Source: Basidiobolus meristosporus CBS 931.73 (lineage: Eukaryota; Fungi; Basidiobolomycota). From it: a stretch of 64,000 bases of DNA. The stretch lies in contig MCFE01000007.1 in NCBI GenBank assembly GCA_002104905.1, positions 186,001 through 250,000 on the forward strand. Direction: 5' to 3'. The position numbers and the translations under genes are program-made. Position 1 is the first letter of the stretch, and each line of letters starts with the position of its first letter. The notes below the pieces were generated by a model. That model ran no database searches and had not been told where the DNA came from. It saw nothing but the letters and a program-made list of their open reading frames with translations. Shown here one piece after another: positions 13,942 through 25,449 of the stretch.

Positions 13942-15738
13942 TTAAGCACACACAATACTATCTCCAGCGGGATTGCATTTAGTTCCAGGAGCACATGGGC
14001 GGTTTAGCCATTGACCAACGACACACTGAGCATAGCCATCACCAACACATCGTAATTGTCCACTCTTACAGTTTCCATTAGTTGGTTCAGGCTTACCTGT
14101 GTGCGATTGTGATCCTGAGCAATCTGTAACAGTGATAGTAGTTGTGACAGTTTTAGTCGTGGCCGGTTTACCGTGAGGTTTGCCCCCATGTGATGGTCGG
14201 GGCTTATGAGTAGGGTGACCAGTCGAGTGTGGCCTATGAGTTGGCTTGGTGTATGTTGCCGAGTCTGATGTATTGTTGGATGTTGCCGAGGCTGGTGGAC
14301 TACTGGATGTTTCTGAAGCTGGTGGACTGTTGGATGTTGCCGAGGCTGGTGGACTGTTGGAAGTTTCCGGGGCTGGTGGACTGCTCGATGTTGCCGAGGC
14401 TGGTGGACTGTTGGAAGTTTCCGGGGCTGGTGGACTGCTCGATGTTGCCGAGGCTGGCGGACTGTTGGAAGTTTCCGGGGCTGGTGGACTGCTCGATGTT
14501 GCAGAGGCTGGCAGACTATTGGAAGTTTCCGGGACTGGTGGACTATTGGATGTTTCTGAAGCTGGTGGACTGTTGGATGTTGCTGATGCCGGTGGACTAT
14601 TGGAGGCTGCCGAAGTTGGGGTTTCTGTAGGTGCACCACTAGCATTCGTCGATTCGGTCATTGTACCACTAGTTACAGTAGTGACTAGTGTTAAGGTATC
14701 ACCTGTTGATGCCCCTTCTGGGGCGCTGGAAGGCTGACTAGCAGATTCGGTGGGTGAAGTTGCCACGCCAGATCCTCCTCCTTGGTCCGATGTGACAGCT
14801 GATGTAGCAGAGGAATCAAAAGTGCCAGTCTCAGAAGACCACACAAGAGAGCTTTGTGAATCTGAATTTACCGGAGGTGGGATTATTGGTGGAATGACGT
14901 CAGTTGCGGTGGTGCCCGGAGTAGAGCTAACATCTGGTTGACTAGTCAAAGTAGTTGAGCCAGTGGCAGTGGCCTCTGCTGAAGATGACACATCGGTAAC
15001 CCAGACTGTGGAATCACTAGACTGTGGATTTTCTGTTGCAGACGGGGTAGATCCCGCAGTTGGAGAGCTTCCTGTAACAGTTATAGTAGATTCAAGAGTG
15101 GGTGAACTCTCAGTAACAGTCACGGTAGATCCAAGAGTGGGTGAACTCTCAGTAACAGTTACGGTGGAATCAAGAGTTGGAGAGTTCTCTACAACAGTCG
15201 TATCAGAGTTTGTAGGAGAAGCAGAACTTTCCGTAACAAATACAGTGGTGTCTTCAGTTGTAGAAAAATCAGTGACAAACACAGTAGATTCTTCAGTGGT
15301 TGAATACTCTGTTACGGACACAGTAGAATCCTGGGTTGTTGAATAATCCGTGACGAACACTGTGGAGTCTTGTTCGGTTGATAATTCAGTAACGAAAACA
15401 GTGGAGTCAGATTCCGGAGTTCCAACAGGTGCGACAGATGTATTGTCAGTACCACTGGTAGCCTCCTCAGTATTAGAAACGCTCGTCACAGTTGTAGTAG
15501 AATCAAAATTGGTACTGCTACCAGTTGATGTAACTACTATGACACTACTTGCTGCCCCATCACCACCTTGGGTTGGAGATCCACCATTATTTTGTCCATT
15601 TCCACCGTCACCTCCGCCTTGACTGGGTTCGTTAGTAGCAAAAGTGAATCCACCATCCACAGTAGATTGTGCCTTTACAGGAACCAATAAAGTGATAGAA
15701 AGTAGTCCTATACATGCTAAAGTGGTTTTACTCAACAT
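13942..15738 (-). CDS. Secreted Ser/Thr/Pro-rich mucin-like protein with C-terminal Cys-rich carbohydrate-binding module (CBM19-like)
   Basis: Hydrophobic signal peptide MLSKTTLACIGLLSITLLVPVKA, long S/T/P repeats, and terminal CKSGQLRCVGDGYAQCVVGQWLNRPCAPGTKC...VC. Intronless 598 aa ORF. Confidence 0.8.
   Translation of the reverse strand: MLSKTTLACIGLLSITLLVPVKAQSTVDGGFTFATNEPSQGGGDGGNGQNNGGSPTQGGDGAASSVIVVTSTGSSTNFDSTTTVTSVSNTEEATSGTDNTSVAPVGTPESDSTVFVTELSTEQDSTVFVTDYSTTQDSTVSVTEYSTTEESTVFVTDFSTTEDTTVFVTESSASPTNSDTTVVENSPTLDSTVTVTESSPTLGSTVTVTESSPTLESTITVTGSSPTAGSTPSATENPQSSDSTVWVTDVSSSAEATATGSTTLTSQPDVSSTPGTTATDVIPPIIPPPVNSDSQSSLVWSSETGTFDSSATSAVTSDQGGGSGVATSPTESASQPSSAPEGASTGDTLTLVTTVTSGTMTESTNASGAPTETPTSAASNSPPASATSNSPPASETSNSPPVPETSNSLPASATSSSPPAPETSNSPPASATSSSPPAPETSNSPPASATSSSPPAPETSNSPPASATSNSPPASETSSSPPASATSNNTSDSATYTKPTHRPHSTGHPTHKPRPSHGGKPHGKPATTKTVTTTITVTDCSGSQSHTGKPEPTNGNCKSGQLRCVGDGYAQCVVGQWLNRPCAPGTKCNPAGDSIVCA
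14262..14610 (-). repeat. Coding minisatellite, 27-bp units alternating into 54-bp units (SSPPAPETS / NSPPASATS)
   Basis: Repeated plus-strand gatgttgccgaggctggtggactg and gaagtttccggggctggtggactg units inside the mucin ORF. Confidence 0.9.
15000..15410 (-). repeat. Degenerate ~33-bp coding repeat (STV[F/T/S]VT[E/D]xxxTxD/E)
   Basis: About ten copies of STVFVTE/STVTVTE visible in the translation of the mucin ORF. Confidence 0.75.
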
Positions 15739-18700
15739 TGAGATTCTTGAGATAAAAAGAGAAATAAGTTATAACACGAGAGAAGATGGATGAATATTCA
15801 GAGACGAGATGACTTTTAGAAGCAACCCTTTTTATATTAAAAATGTTACGCCCTTTCCGGTTGACGTTTATACTAGTATCCTACGTGTCCATTTCTGAGT
15901 CTTCCTGCAACATTTTTCTAAAGTTCTTAGACCTTTTCTCTACCATCTCAACCTTTTACCAATCCCAACCAATACGACCGATTCATCAGTGCACCTAGTC
16001 ATTCTCCTATAGGGAAGGATTCTTCGTATCGAAGCTTTTATGACCTTACCTTCTTCGTTTGGAATTGACATTTAACGTATGACTAGACCTGTAAACTCGG
16101 CTACCTCTTGTACGTGAACAAACCTCCTGTCAGGCTATCTGACAAATCAACTTCTGAATGGTAAATCCCCCTTCCTACCACTAGGAATTAGGCAGGTGTC
16201 TCTTGAAAAAAAATGTCAGCAAGAGACCTAAGCCACTTCCAAAAACGGCACAAAACCCCGAATACCAAAACTCGTACATCAGCAGTACATATGGATTCCT
16301 GGATGTCATGTATAGACGGGCCACTAATATATGTTGCCAAGAAAATGCCATCTTTGGGTGAATTGTTGTAAGATATTCGTGTTTTCCGAGCGTGCTAGAT
16401 ATACGGATGCAGGAAAATACACGAACGACTTGCTAAAAAGATCAGTCGAAAAAATAACTTCATGGCGAATAATATGTGCCTATGGAATTGTATGTGCGTT
16501 TAGATAATCAAATACACCTGGGGTCATTACACAGAGCTAATCACTAATACAGAACAATACCGTCCATATCTTAATGCTAAGATGACTCCAATGCCACCAC
16601 GGTATTACCATAAAGAGGACTTGAGATTTTATGTCAAAAACCCTTGTGGCTTAAACGGCAAATAAAATATCTCGAAAAGCTACTGGTTGGTTTTTAATTT
16701 ATTCTTGCTCTTAATCGTGCCAATAGCGTGATCGTTGTCGATAATTCAGTCACCTCAGTGACTAGTGCAGGCGGGGCCTTTTTGTTCGACTCCCTTTCCA
16801 ATGATGTAATTTTTAATTCAGACGGAGAGATTTAGAGTAATAGACCAATCGCCGGCCATTCAAAGGGCATTTAGGTGTTTCCATCTTGGAGTAGAGATCG
16901 CATGGAAGATCACTGAATGCGGAGAACTCTGGATTAGCTAACTACCATGAACAAAAAATATGCCGTGTGCAGAAACAACCATCATTCCTATTCGTCTGCC
17001 AAGTCATTCAGCGATGATCATCCAATACACAGATCCTACACTGCCAGCGTATCAGACAACAATCAAGTTTAGTCGCATTCTGATTTCACTCAACGCCAGA
17101 AACCTTTTCCCGACGATGGCGAATGGTTGGTATTTATGGATGAGAGCACGAAGGGTCGTTTCTACGAGCTGGGCTTAACATTAGTGTGCAAAATCAGATG
17201 GCAAAGATCAAAGGCATTCTCGCTCGCTTCCCACCAGTTTCGTTGTAAGTGCTAGTGGATACAATTATAAGCGGCATTAGGATCGCTGTAGAATACATTT
17301 ATAAGTGCGAAGTACCTAATATCTATCCTACCGGAGTACCTCAAATTTTGGCCCTTTTCATACTATACCTGGTCGTAAGCTAGATCTGCTGTTATTCATG
17401 ATTATCGACCCATGAATACCCTTGATGATAGGTGCTTCACTTCAATACTAATGCGTGATTTGAATATACACCACTTGTCATATTGAGCATAGCAATTTTC
17501 TATACAAGTTGGAACGAACGATTAAGATGTTACATAAGTGTATTGGAATCAGGGTATTTCAGTTAAGTATCGGGTACCAGATCCTGCAAACTCATTCACA
17601 TCAACTTTAAGATACAGCCCAGCAAATCAAGCTTTTATGAGAGCAATGGGAATGAGATTAAAGCGGGAAGTGTTACTTTGAGCATTGGTGCAAATATTAA
17701 AGGCTAAATACGAGAGTAGCGGGTGATCATATCCCCAAAATGTTTCCAGTTCCTATTAAGCTATGTAATGGTGGCAATACAGATTCACTATCTGCTGGGT
17801 AGTTGCTCTGGCTATTACCGGAATTAACACTCAAGCGCTTAAAGTCTTTACCTGTAGGTATAGAGCCTGGAATATCAGGCCCCTCGGACAGGAAAAGTTC
17901 TCCTGATTCCAGAGTGCCTACTTCAGAATGCAGGTGTAGGATCATGGCAATTGCTACCTCCGACGTCCCAAAGGGTTTCACCATATAAGCAACCAATCAA
18001 AGCCCCTGACTGACATTAAAAGTGGTACGTTATAATCACAATCTCTGGTAATAGGTTATTCTAGGGCTGCCTTATTGCCTATCTTTTAGGATACAAACTT
18101 GATAACTCGGATAGTACAGCTACCAGCACGGACCTTACTGCTCGGTGTATACACGCAACTTCTATCAGTACATCAAGCAGTTTTACTGTCATGAGAATGA
18201 TTTTGACCAGTGGGCGAGCTGAGCCCTGACATGAGTGATGACTCCATACAGAGAACGGTGTGCCTGTTTGTTACTGACAATACAACTTGATGGGAACATG
18301 GCTTGGTTTATTTGGAATCATTTGCGTGATGCAATAGATATTTCTCAACATGGAGACCTGTTAAGACTGGTTAGAATACAGCCTTGACCTGGTAGTAATG
18401 CAAATCTACTAAGATCTAGATAGATAATAAGCCAAAACCCACATCTCCAACTTCAAAATGGATCACAACGACATAAGCCAGCTCGGCTTGATAAGTGCAC
18501 CGAAAGTTAGCCGAATTCCTCCCTGATCTAATGATAAGACTGAAACTACCCAAGGGGCCTACATGGGCTTATAACGTATCATTTTAGAGTGCGATCTAGT
18601 TTCAACCAGTTGTCCCCTCAACTTGCTTCAAGCGTTTCATTGATCCCTAAACCTATCAATTGAACCCATTATAACTGTTATTAATTGGCACGTCCTAGTG

Positions 18701-19076
18701 ACAACTGTGGGAACTCTCCCACCATTCATTGTGTGGAAAATGATTGTTTACCACGATGTTACTGTGGAAGGAGTTTTCACACGGCTATTGAATTGATGCG
18801 TTAAATAGCCTAGTAATTGCTATATACCCTTCTGGATTAGGATCATGTGAATGTGCTACTCCTAGACATTTGAGTGAATCCTTTCGTATTGTTTCTGAAG
18901 TTGTTTTTCGACTATATGTATATATAATACAATCAATATGATAGCTGAATTATATACCCACGGGCACGTGATTGTGCCAAAAGATTATATACGTAAGGTT
19001 GAATCATCTCTCCCAATACAGTTGTTACTGAACTTCTCATACCCCCCCCCCATCAAACCGTCGTTTCCTTTAGAAA

Positions 19077-20390
19077 ATGCACCAAGATGATACAAAACCC
19101 TCAAATGGAGTCACTCCAATGCGCGTTACTCTGCTTTTTTCTGTAAATGACAGGGTTGGGGTCCTTGATGAAGCCCTTAAAGCGATCAATGCTTTGAATG
19201 TATCACTAACTCGAATTGAATCTCGCCCATGCAAAACTAGTGATTGGGATTACGATTTCTTTGTGGACTTCTTTACCAAGAATTTGGAGACGGTACAAAC
19301 CGTAGTACAATCCCTTGAGAAGGTTTCAGGCAATGTCAAAGTGGTTAGTACTGGTGCCTCGAATTCGGCTGGAAATAGTGTACCCTGGTTCCCAAGAAAG
19401 AAGTCAGACCTAGACAGCTTCGCCGATAAAGTTTTGGAAATGGGTGAGGAACTCAGTTCTGACCATCCTGGTGCCAAAGATCCAGCCTACCGTGCCCGCC
19501 GTGCTGAGATTACCAAGATTGCCCGTACTTATCAGCACGGCCAACCATTGCCGAGGATCGATTATACTGAACAAGAGGTTGCCACTTGGGGAACCGTGTT
19601 TCGCAAACTTACAGCAATGTATCCAACTCATGCTTGTAGAGAACATCAATATGTGTTCCCTCTATTGATTGAAAATTGCGGTTATCGTGAAGATAATATC
19701 CCACAGATTGATGACATATCCCGCTTTTTGCGCGAGTGTACAGGTTTTACTCTCCGCCCAGTGATGGGTCTATTAACATCAAGAGATTTCTTAAACGGCC
19801 TAGCTTTTCGTGTATTCCACTCCACACAGTACATCAGACATCACTCCAAACCGCTTTACACTCCTGAGCCAGACTGCTGTCATGAGCTTTTAGGGCACGT
19901 ACCCCTTTTTGCAAATCAGGACTTCGCAGATTTTTCCCAGGAAATTGGTCTCGCTTCCCTGGGGGCTAGTGACGAAGATATTGAAAAATTGGCAACAATT
20001 TATTGGTTTACAGTCGAATTTGGTCTTTGTCGCCAGGGCGAGGAAGTGAAGGCATTTGGTGCTGGGTTGTTGTCGTCTTTTGGTGAGTTGGAATACTGTT
20101 TGTCCGAAGAACCAACCAAAGTGCCATTTGACCCTTCGAAGGCTGCTGTTCAAAAATACCCAATCACTGAATACCAGCCAGTCTACTTTGTTGCTGAAAG
20201 CTTCAAGGATGCAAAAGATAAGGTTCGGGAGTTTGCCCGCAGCTTGAATCGCCCATTTGATGTTCGTTATAATCCGTATACCGAAACTGTTGAAGTGTTG
20301 GATACTCGTGAAAAAGTTGTCCGTTATGCTCACAATATCAAGAGCGATCTTCAGAATTTGGTTAACGCATTGGAGAAAGTCGAAATATGA
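19077..20390 (+). CDS. PAH: Phenylalanine-4-hydroxylase (biopterin-dependent aromatic amino acid hydroxylase) with N-terminal ACT domain
   Basis: ACT motif [31 protein letters not shown], iron ligands [12 protein letters not shown] and TVEFGL, and [14 protein letters not shown]. Intronless 437 aa. Confidence 0.95.
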   Translation: MHQDDTKPSNGVTPMRVTLLFSVNDRVGVLDEALKAINALNVSLTRIESRPCKTSDWDYDFFVDFFTKNLETVQTVVQSLEKVSGNVKVVSTGASNSAGNSVPWFPRKKSDLDSFADKVLEMGEELSSDHPGAKDPAYRARRAEITKIARTYQHGQPLPRIDYTEQEVATWGTVFRKLTAMYPTHACREHQYVFPLLIENCGYREDNIPQIDDISRFLRECTGFTLRPVMGLLTSRDFLNGLAFRVFHSTQYIRHHSKPLYTPEPDCCHELLGHVPLFANQDFADFSQEIGLASLGASDEDIEKLATIYWFTVEFGLCRQGEEVKAFGAGLLSSFGELEYCLSEEPTKVPFDPSKAAVQKYPITEYQPVYFVAESFKDAKDKVREFARSLNRPFDVRYNPYTETVEVLDTREKVVRYAHNIKSDLQNLVNALEKVEI

Positions 20391-21635
20391 TACTCCGATC
20401 AGCTAATGAAGCAGCATACCATCATGGCCTTTAAAATATCCTAGTAAATTCCAATTTTGCACTCCAGCTATTCTGTAGTTGACTACAATAAACTTTCAAA
20501 TCTTAAAAAACGTGATCATTTTGCTGGTAGAAATATAGGTTGTATATCTTCGTGATTAAGTAACCTCGGGAAGCAAGGTGGATTCTATTCCATATAAGCT
20601 AAATACAATAAGGGTACCTGGTGAATAATAATACTCAAGAATAACTGTTCCGTCAGCGTTATCGGTATTATTGTTCCAGACATATATATTACGTTTAGTC
20701 GTAAATAACGCTCATATAAGTTTCAAGTGTACCCAGTTTATGACTTAAAGTACACATTGTTACATAGATTTCCCTACATAGATTACCTTTTATAGTAGAT
20801 ATTGCGGCCACTGTTCTCAAGACCATTTACTATAATGTATTGCAGCCTTTAGATAAGGCATTTTGCACCAATAGCTGGCCATGGGACCGTTGCGTTTTCA
20901 AGTATATTCCCTTTTAAGAAAGCATAGCACCCATGATAGTCATCGGGAATTTGCAATCTACTCTTTGGTCGTATTAAAGCCTAAACACGAAACAGGGATT
21001 CTTTGTGCCGACACCGATTGATTCTTGTTCGTATTTTTGAATAAATGGGATTAGTGGAGTATTCTGCAAGACGGTAACTAGGGCAATACTTCTAGGCACA
21101 TCCCTGACATACATTGCAAGTGATTGGAATGGAAGCGTGAATACAATTCTTTTCTCCCAGATTGAAATATCTCCATTGTGATTTGAGTGTAACTAATTAA
21201 TAGATGTACCACTTGAGCCAATGGTTCTTCAGGATGTTTGGTACAGGATAACAATGCTTGCAGGAAATCTAGTCCTGATTAAGGATTGTACAATAGTAAA
21301 ATGTATACTAATGTTGTCTTACATCTCGTGGTTGATTGTCACCCCTAACTTTATGCAGCATAAGATTGTGAAACAGGTCTCTTATGGTAATTTGGTAGAA
21401 TACTAATAGACTGGGTACCATTCTCGAAGCTTGCTATTTGTAGAAAGAACGTTCTATCACATGCTTTTCATATCACTCAATATCAAACACTTAATATGTA
21501 GAGGGGATTGAAACGTTTGAATCAGCTGCTAAGAGCCTATCTGCAAGCGGTTTTGCTATCACCCGAGTTACATAACTACATGTATATAAGGAGTTATTTA
21601 GCTTAGAACCCATCATCTCATCAGGGCATTTTACC

Positions 21636-21857
21636 ATGAAATTGAACATCAGCTTCGTCCTTGTAATCATTCTCTCTTTAATCGCCATGGCTATGGCACA
21701 CGAAGGCCACGATCATGGAGCTACCAACACCACTGTACCAAGCAACTCAACTTCTGCTGCTCCAACCTCAGAAGCTAGCCTTCCATACAACGGGCAATTT
21801 ATTGCACTTGCTGTGATGTTTTCTCTTGTAACCATGTTCCAACGTTTCTTTGAGTAA
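21636..21857 (+). CDS. Small secreted, probably GPI-anchored peptide with N-terminal HEGHDH motif
   Basis: Signal peptide ending AMAMA, then HEGHDH, an S/T/N-rich stalk and a hydrophobic C-terminus. TATA-like tatataa lies about 50 nt upstream. Confidence 0.75.
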   Translation: MKLNISFVLVIILSLIAMAMAHEGHDHGATNTTVPSNSTSAAPTSEASLPYNGQFIALAVMFSLVTMFQRFFE

Positions 21858-22768
21858 TGCCAGTAGCCGATGCTACGGTTAGAATGTGCTTGAATCCTGA
21901 GTTGTCAATTTATTTTCCAATAAACAAGTATTGCTTTAACAAATGCAATCTATAGCTCAAGTACGAATACCTGCAACGAAACTCGCTAATGTGCATCCAT
22001 CTTTTATTCGGGCTATTTAGCGTTACCAGGATTTAAAGGCTGATTAAATCTTCAAAAACAACAATGACTGCTACAATTAATTGGCTGTTTGGCCAGTCCA
22101 TTGGAGGTAATATATGCCACATAAAGTGCATAACGATACGACAATATTGAGATATAGCACTCTCTTTATTGCGAAGTTGATGTTTATTGGCTTGGAATAT
22201 ATTTTGAAAGATATTCACTAATTCTCTAAAATACTCCGAAAAAGAATTTGGCCAAGGAATACCCAAGTTTACAGACTAGGATCCAAGTAACGAAGTTAGT
22301 GTAAGTTTTTTAAATTTATGAAATATACAACATCAGTAAGGTACCAAGATTTTCGAATTTTCCAAGGTATTCCAACCAATGCATGTAGCTTCCTGGGACC
22401 TGCTTCGAGAACTAACTTGATTGCTTCTACATTCTACGAATGCATAGATGCATTGTTTGAAATCAGTAAGCTAAACACCAATACCATTCATATCTTCTAG
22501 CCCTCCACCAAAGTTTGATGTGTATCAATATAATATCATACGGAAATCACCAATAGTTATTTTACTTCTCTCGGATTAAGCTTATAGCTCCAAAGATACA
22601 GAATTCCAGGTTATATCTAAGTATAGTCCTAGACGTAGGTCGCAGAAAGAATCAGGAGCCGAAAACAAATCAGATTATCGAAAGATACAGCCTCTTTGCT
22701 GGCCGCTTTATTTTAAATTTTAAGCTTGGCTCCAAATACATATTCATCAAAATGATGTTCTTTCTTCC

Positions 22769-23183
22769 TTAACATACGGAAAGTGCGGGGCAGACATCCA
22801 GAGGGAGTGTACCGCCGATCACTAATTGAATTATGATGTCAGCATATTCGTATATAAAGTCATTGCAATTTTTGGAAAAACTTGTAGGCAGATAATTGCA
22901 CACAGTATGAACAGCACTCTTGACATCACTCTCAGTTGCATTGTTTTTCAGCAATTCATCAATCTGTGTCATAGCAAGTTCACAGATGGCGCAGTCCGGT
23001 GAGACCCCAATTGTTTCAGCATTGATCGGAGAGCTTCTGGCATTAATACCGATAGCAGCTCCACTTACTGTAAATTAATGATGATCAGTAGGCGGCTCTT
23101 TAAGAAAGGCAGAAAGCAACAACTGTACCGTTGGATAGGAACAAGGCACCAATAGAAGCAATGAGAGGTAGACTGAAACGCAT
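22769..23183 (-). CDS. Secreted single saposin-B-domain protein, 117 aa
   Basis: Exons 23183-23129 and 23067-22769 give MRFSLPLIASIGALFLSNVSGA...DCAICELAMTQIDELLKNNATESDVKSAVHTVCNYLPTSFSKNCNDFIYEYADIIIQLVIGGTLPLDVCPALSVC, the canonical 6-Cys SAPLIP pattern. Confidence 0.88.
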
Positions 23184-23899
23184 GATTCTGATATAGCAAA
23201 CTCTTCATCATCGCAGGTATTTATATATCGTCGCCATGGGAAGGTACAAAGCTGGTTAAGCAAATATCGGTTATTTCAAGGAATAGATCATCTTCCTTGA
23301 AAATGATCCGTTTCCTAGTTACACGCACGACATACACCTATGTGGAATCGGCTACAACTCAAGAGCGGTTAAACATACGATGAAATTGAATGGTTATTTG
23401 TGTGCTTGTACTTGAAATTGATTTATTAAATCAGCTTTCTATTTTTAGTGCAACTTGTAACGTGTTACATGTATACGAAAAAACAATCATTCATATAGTA
23501 ATATCTATTACGTAAATATACAAATGCATGTATTTGGGCGGCTACATACTATTAACTCTGGGATCCCCACTACTTATTATATATAATACCAGGCTACTAA
23601 GATTAGCATCGTAACAGAATGGTGTCAGGTATCTTTTGAACAACGTTGAATTAATCAAATTTAGCTTCAATACAACGCACTGTGTGCTCTTATACATGAT
23701 AGAGTGGGTTAATTGAAGGAATAGCTGATTAGTACTTGATTAAAACTGCACTCTACCTCATGGATAATTTTATACCAAGACATTTCTCTGATTCAAGTTC
23801 TTCAATAATCAAAATCATGTAAATAGACGATCAATTTGTAGACACAAGAGGAAGTAACATTTGTCTGACTTCCTTTCCAGCGGTTCGCCCCATTATTCT

Positions 23900-24200
23900 C
23901 TGTACTACTCGGATGTATTGTTGGGTACCAGTGCGTATGACTATGTTATAGAGTGCGATAACCAAACAGCCAATGATGCTACAGTGGCAACAGAAAATCT
24001 ACAAAGCTGATGATGATTTGAAAGCCCTTACATGGTACTTGGTGAAGCACTGCTAATATTCTTCAGAGGCCAGTATATTTTAGTGCCTGTTGGATCTCAT
24101 ATCAATTGGGCCGATATCGATATCTTGGTACTACCCACTGATGATGGTCAGCATTATTAAATTAAAAGCCGACCGGCTACATTTTATTAAGTACCTCTTT
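23900..24200 (+). mobile_element. Possible decayed LINE-like RT remnant
   Basis: Broken frames give KADDDLKAL and GRYRYLG, resembling the LINE RT (F/Y)ADD and YKYLG motifs in the right order. Many stops. Confidence 0.3.
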
Positions 24201-25449
24201 TGGTTTTAAACCAAGTAAAGTATCTGGTTATCGACTCTATGACCCGATGACATATGCCTTACCATGGGGTGAACTTTCAATTATAGCAACTGCAAACCAA
24301 AATCAAGATACAGCAAGTCGAGCAAATAGGGCTAACGCATGACCTCGGACCTCACCGAAGGCTGAATCTGTACTTCCTTTGGGGCTATCATTACCATTAC
24401 CACTTCATAAATATCTTAATAAGACATTAACAGCCGCTAAATACGTCACCATGTCTATCGTTCACGCCACTAGATGTATATATGGTATGAAGTTGCGCTG
24501 CCATTCCAGTGCTTGTGGTTGGTCAGGGAGGTTGGAATCGAACTTTTTTGATATGTTGTACGGATGTACTAATGTGATAAGACACGAAGTTAAAGCCCTC
24601 CAAGTTTACAACAGAATGTTGATATACCTAAGTTAAAACATTAATCATATTATAGTGACCGAAGCCTAATATGCTCTTGTACATGTGTCGATTCTTTCCG
24701 CCCCTACCATTTGTGAGACATTTTAATAATTTATACATGGTAGAATGTTGACGATAAACCAAATATAGAAGTGATGTGTTTAGATAGTTTGGTGTCAAGT
24801 TGTGCATTCTTCTAAGTGGGAATATTTAGAATGCCTTTAGATGCCTTATTGCTCACGGACCATTGATTCAAATTAGTAAGCTAGATGAAAACTACAATTG
24901 CCACATATTGTTGAGAGTTATCTATAGTTGTGGAAGATTGAGTATTCCAAGAATGAGCAAAAGCCCCTTGACTATGTATTCCTCTTTTATGAACTTCCCA
25001 AAGCGCATACTTGTGTGTACAAACATTGCAGATAATGCAATATTAAATAAACATCTAATTCGAAACCCTTTAAGCCCTAGCCCGGTCTATGGTCCTATAC
25101 AACATTTGGTTCGGCAGCTATTGCCCCGTATTTTAGAGTTACAAACGCGAAAACATTTACTGCACCTATGCATTAGCTACGGCCGTGGCGCAAGGCAAAT
25201 GCCTACTACAGAATGATTTTCTATTTCCCTACTAAACCAGAGTTCGTTGGCGGAGTTACACGCTTAGAATGGTAACTGGCTCACCATCTCATAGTATTCG
25301 TGGCCCGCCATGGTTGGTTTCTTACTTATCGCAACTCAAAGGCCTTCATCTCCTGATTGAAAACAACACGAAGACATGGGAACGGGGATCCAATAAATAT
25401 GTGGTGTCAACAACGTACAATCCAGTATTCAGCTGCGAATTTCCAGAAC

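Noticed and set aside
14262-14610. Regular 27/54-bp repeats superficially like a CRISPR array
   Set aside because: Contiguous in-frame coding units with no unique spacers and no cas genes, in a eukaryotic context.
14004-15622. Long plus-strand and alternate-frame ORFs (14004-14645, 14229-14630, 14246-14737, 14963-15346, 15350-15622)
   Set aside because: Shadow frames of the repetitive mucin CDS; the repeats lack stops in several frames.
16960-17996. ORFs 16960-17178 (+) and 17727-17996 (-)
   Set aside because: Could be relic exons, but no family motif or splice partners were identified.
19250-20333. Antisense and alternate-frame ORFs over PAH, and similar ones over the Kelch, EME1, PLD and His1-family genes
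   Set aside because: Overlap well-supported CDSs; expected by-products of codon bias.
24515-24550. B-box-like GTTCGATTCC on the minus strand (tRNA/SINE?)
   Set aside because: No T-stem, acceptor stem or A-box could be folded. I found no tRNA or rRNA gene in the window.
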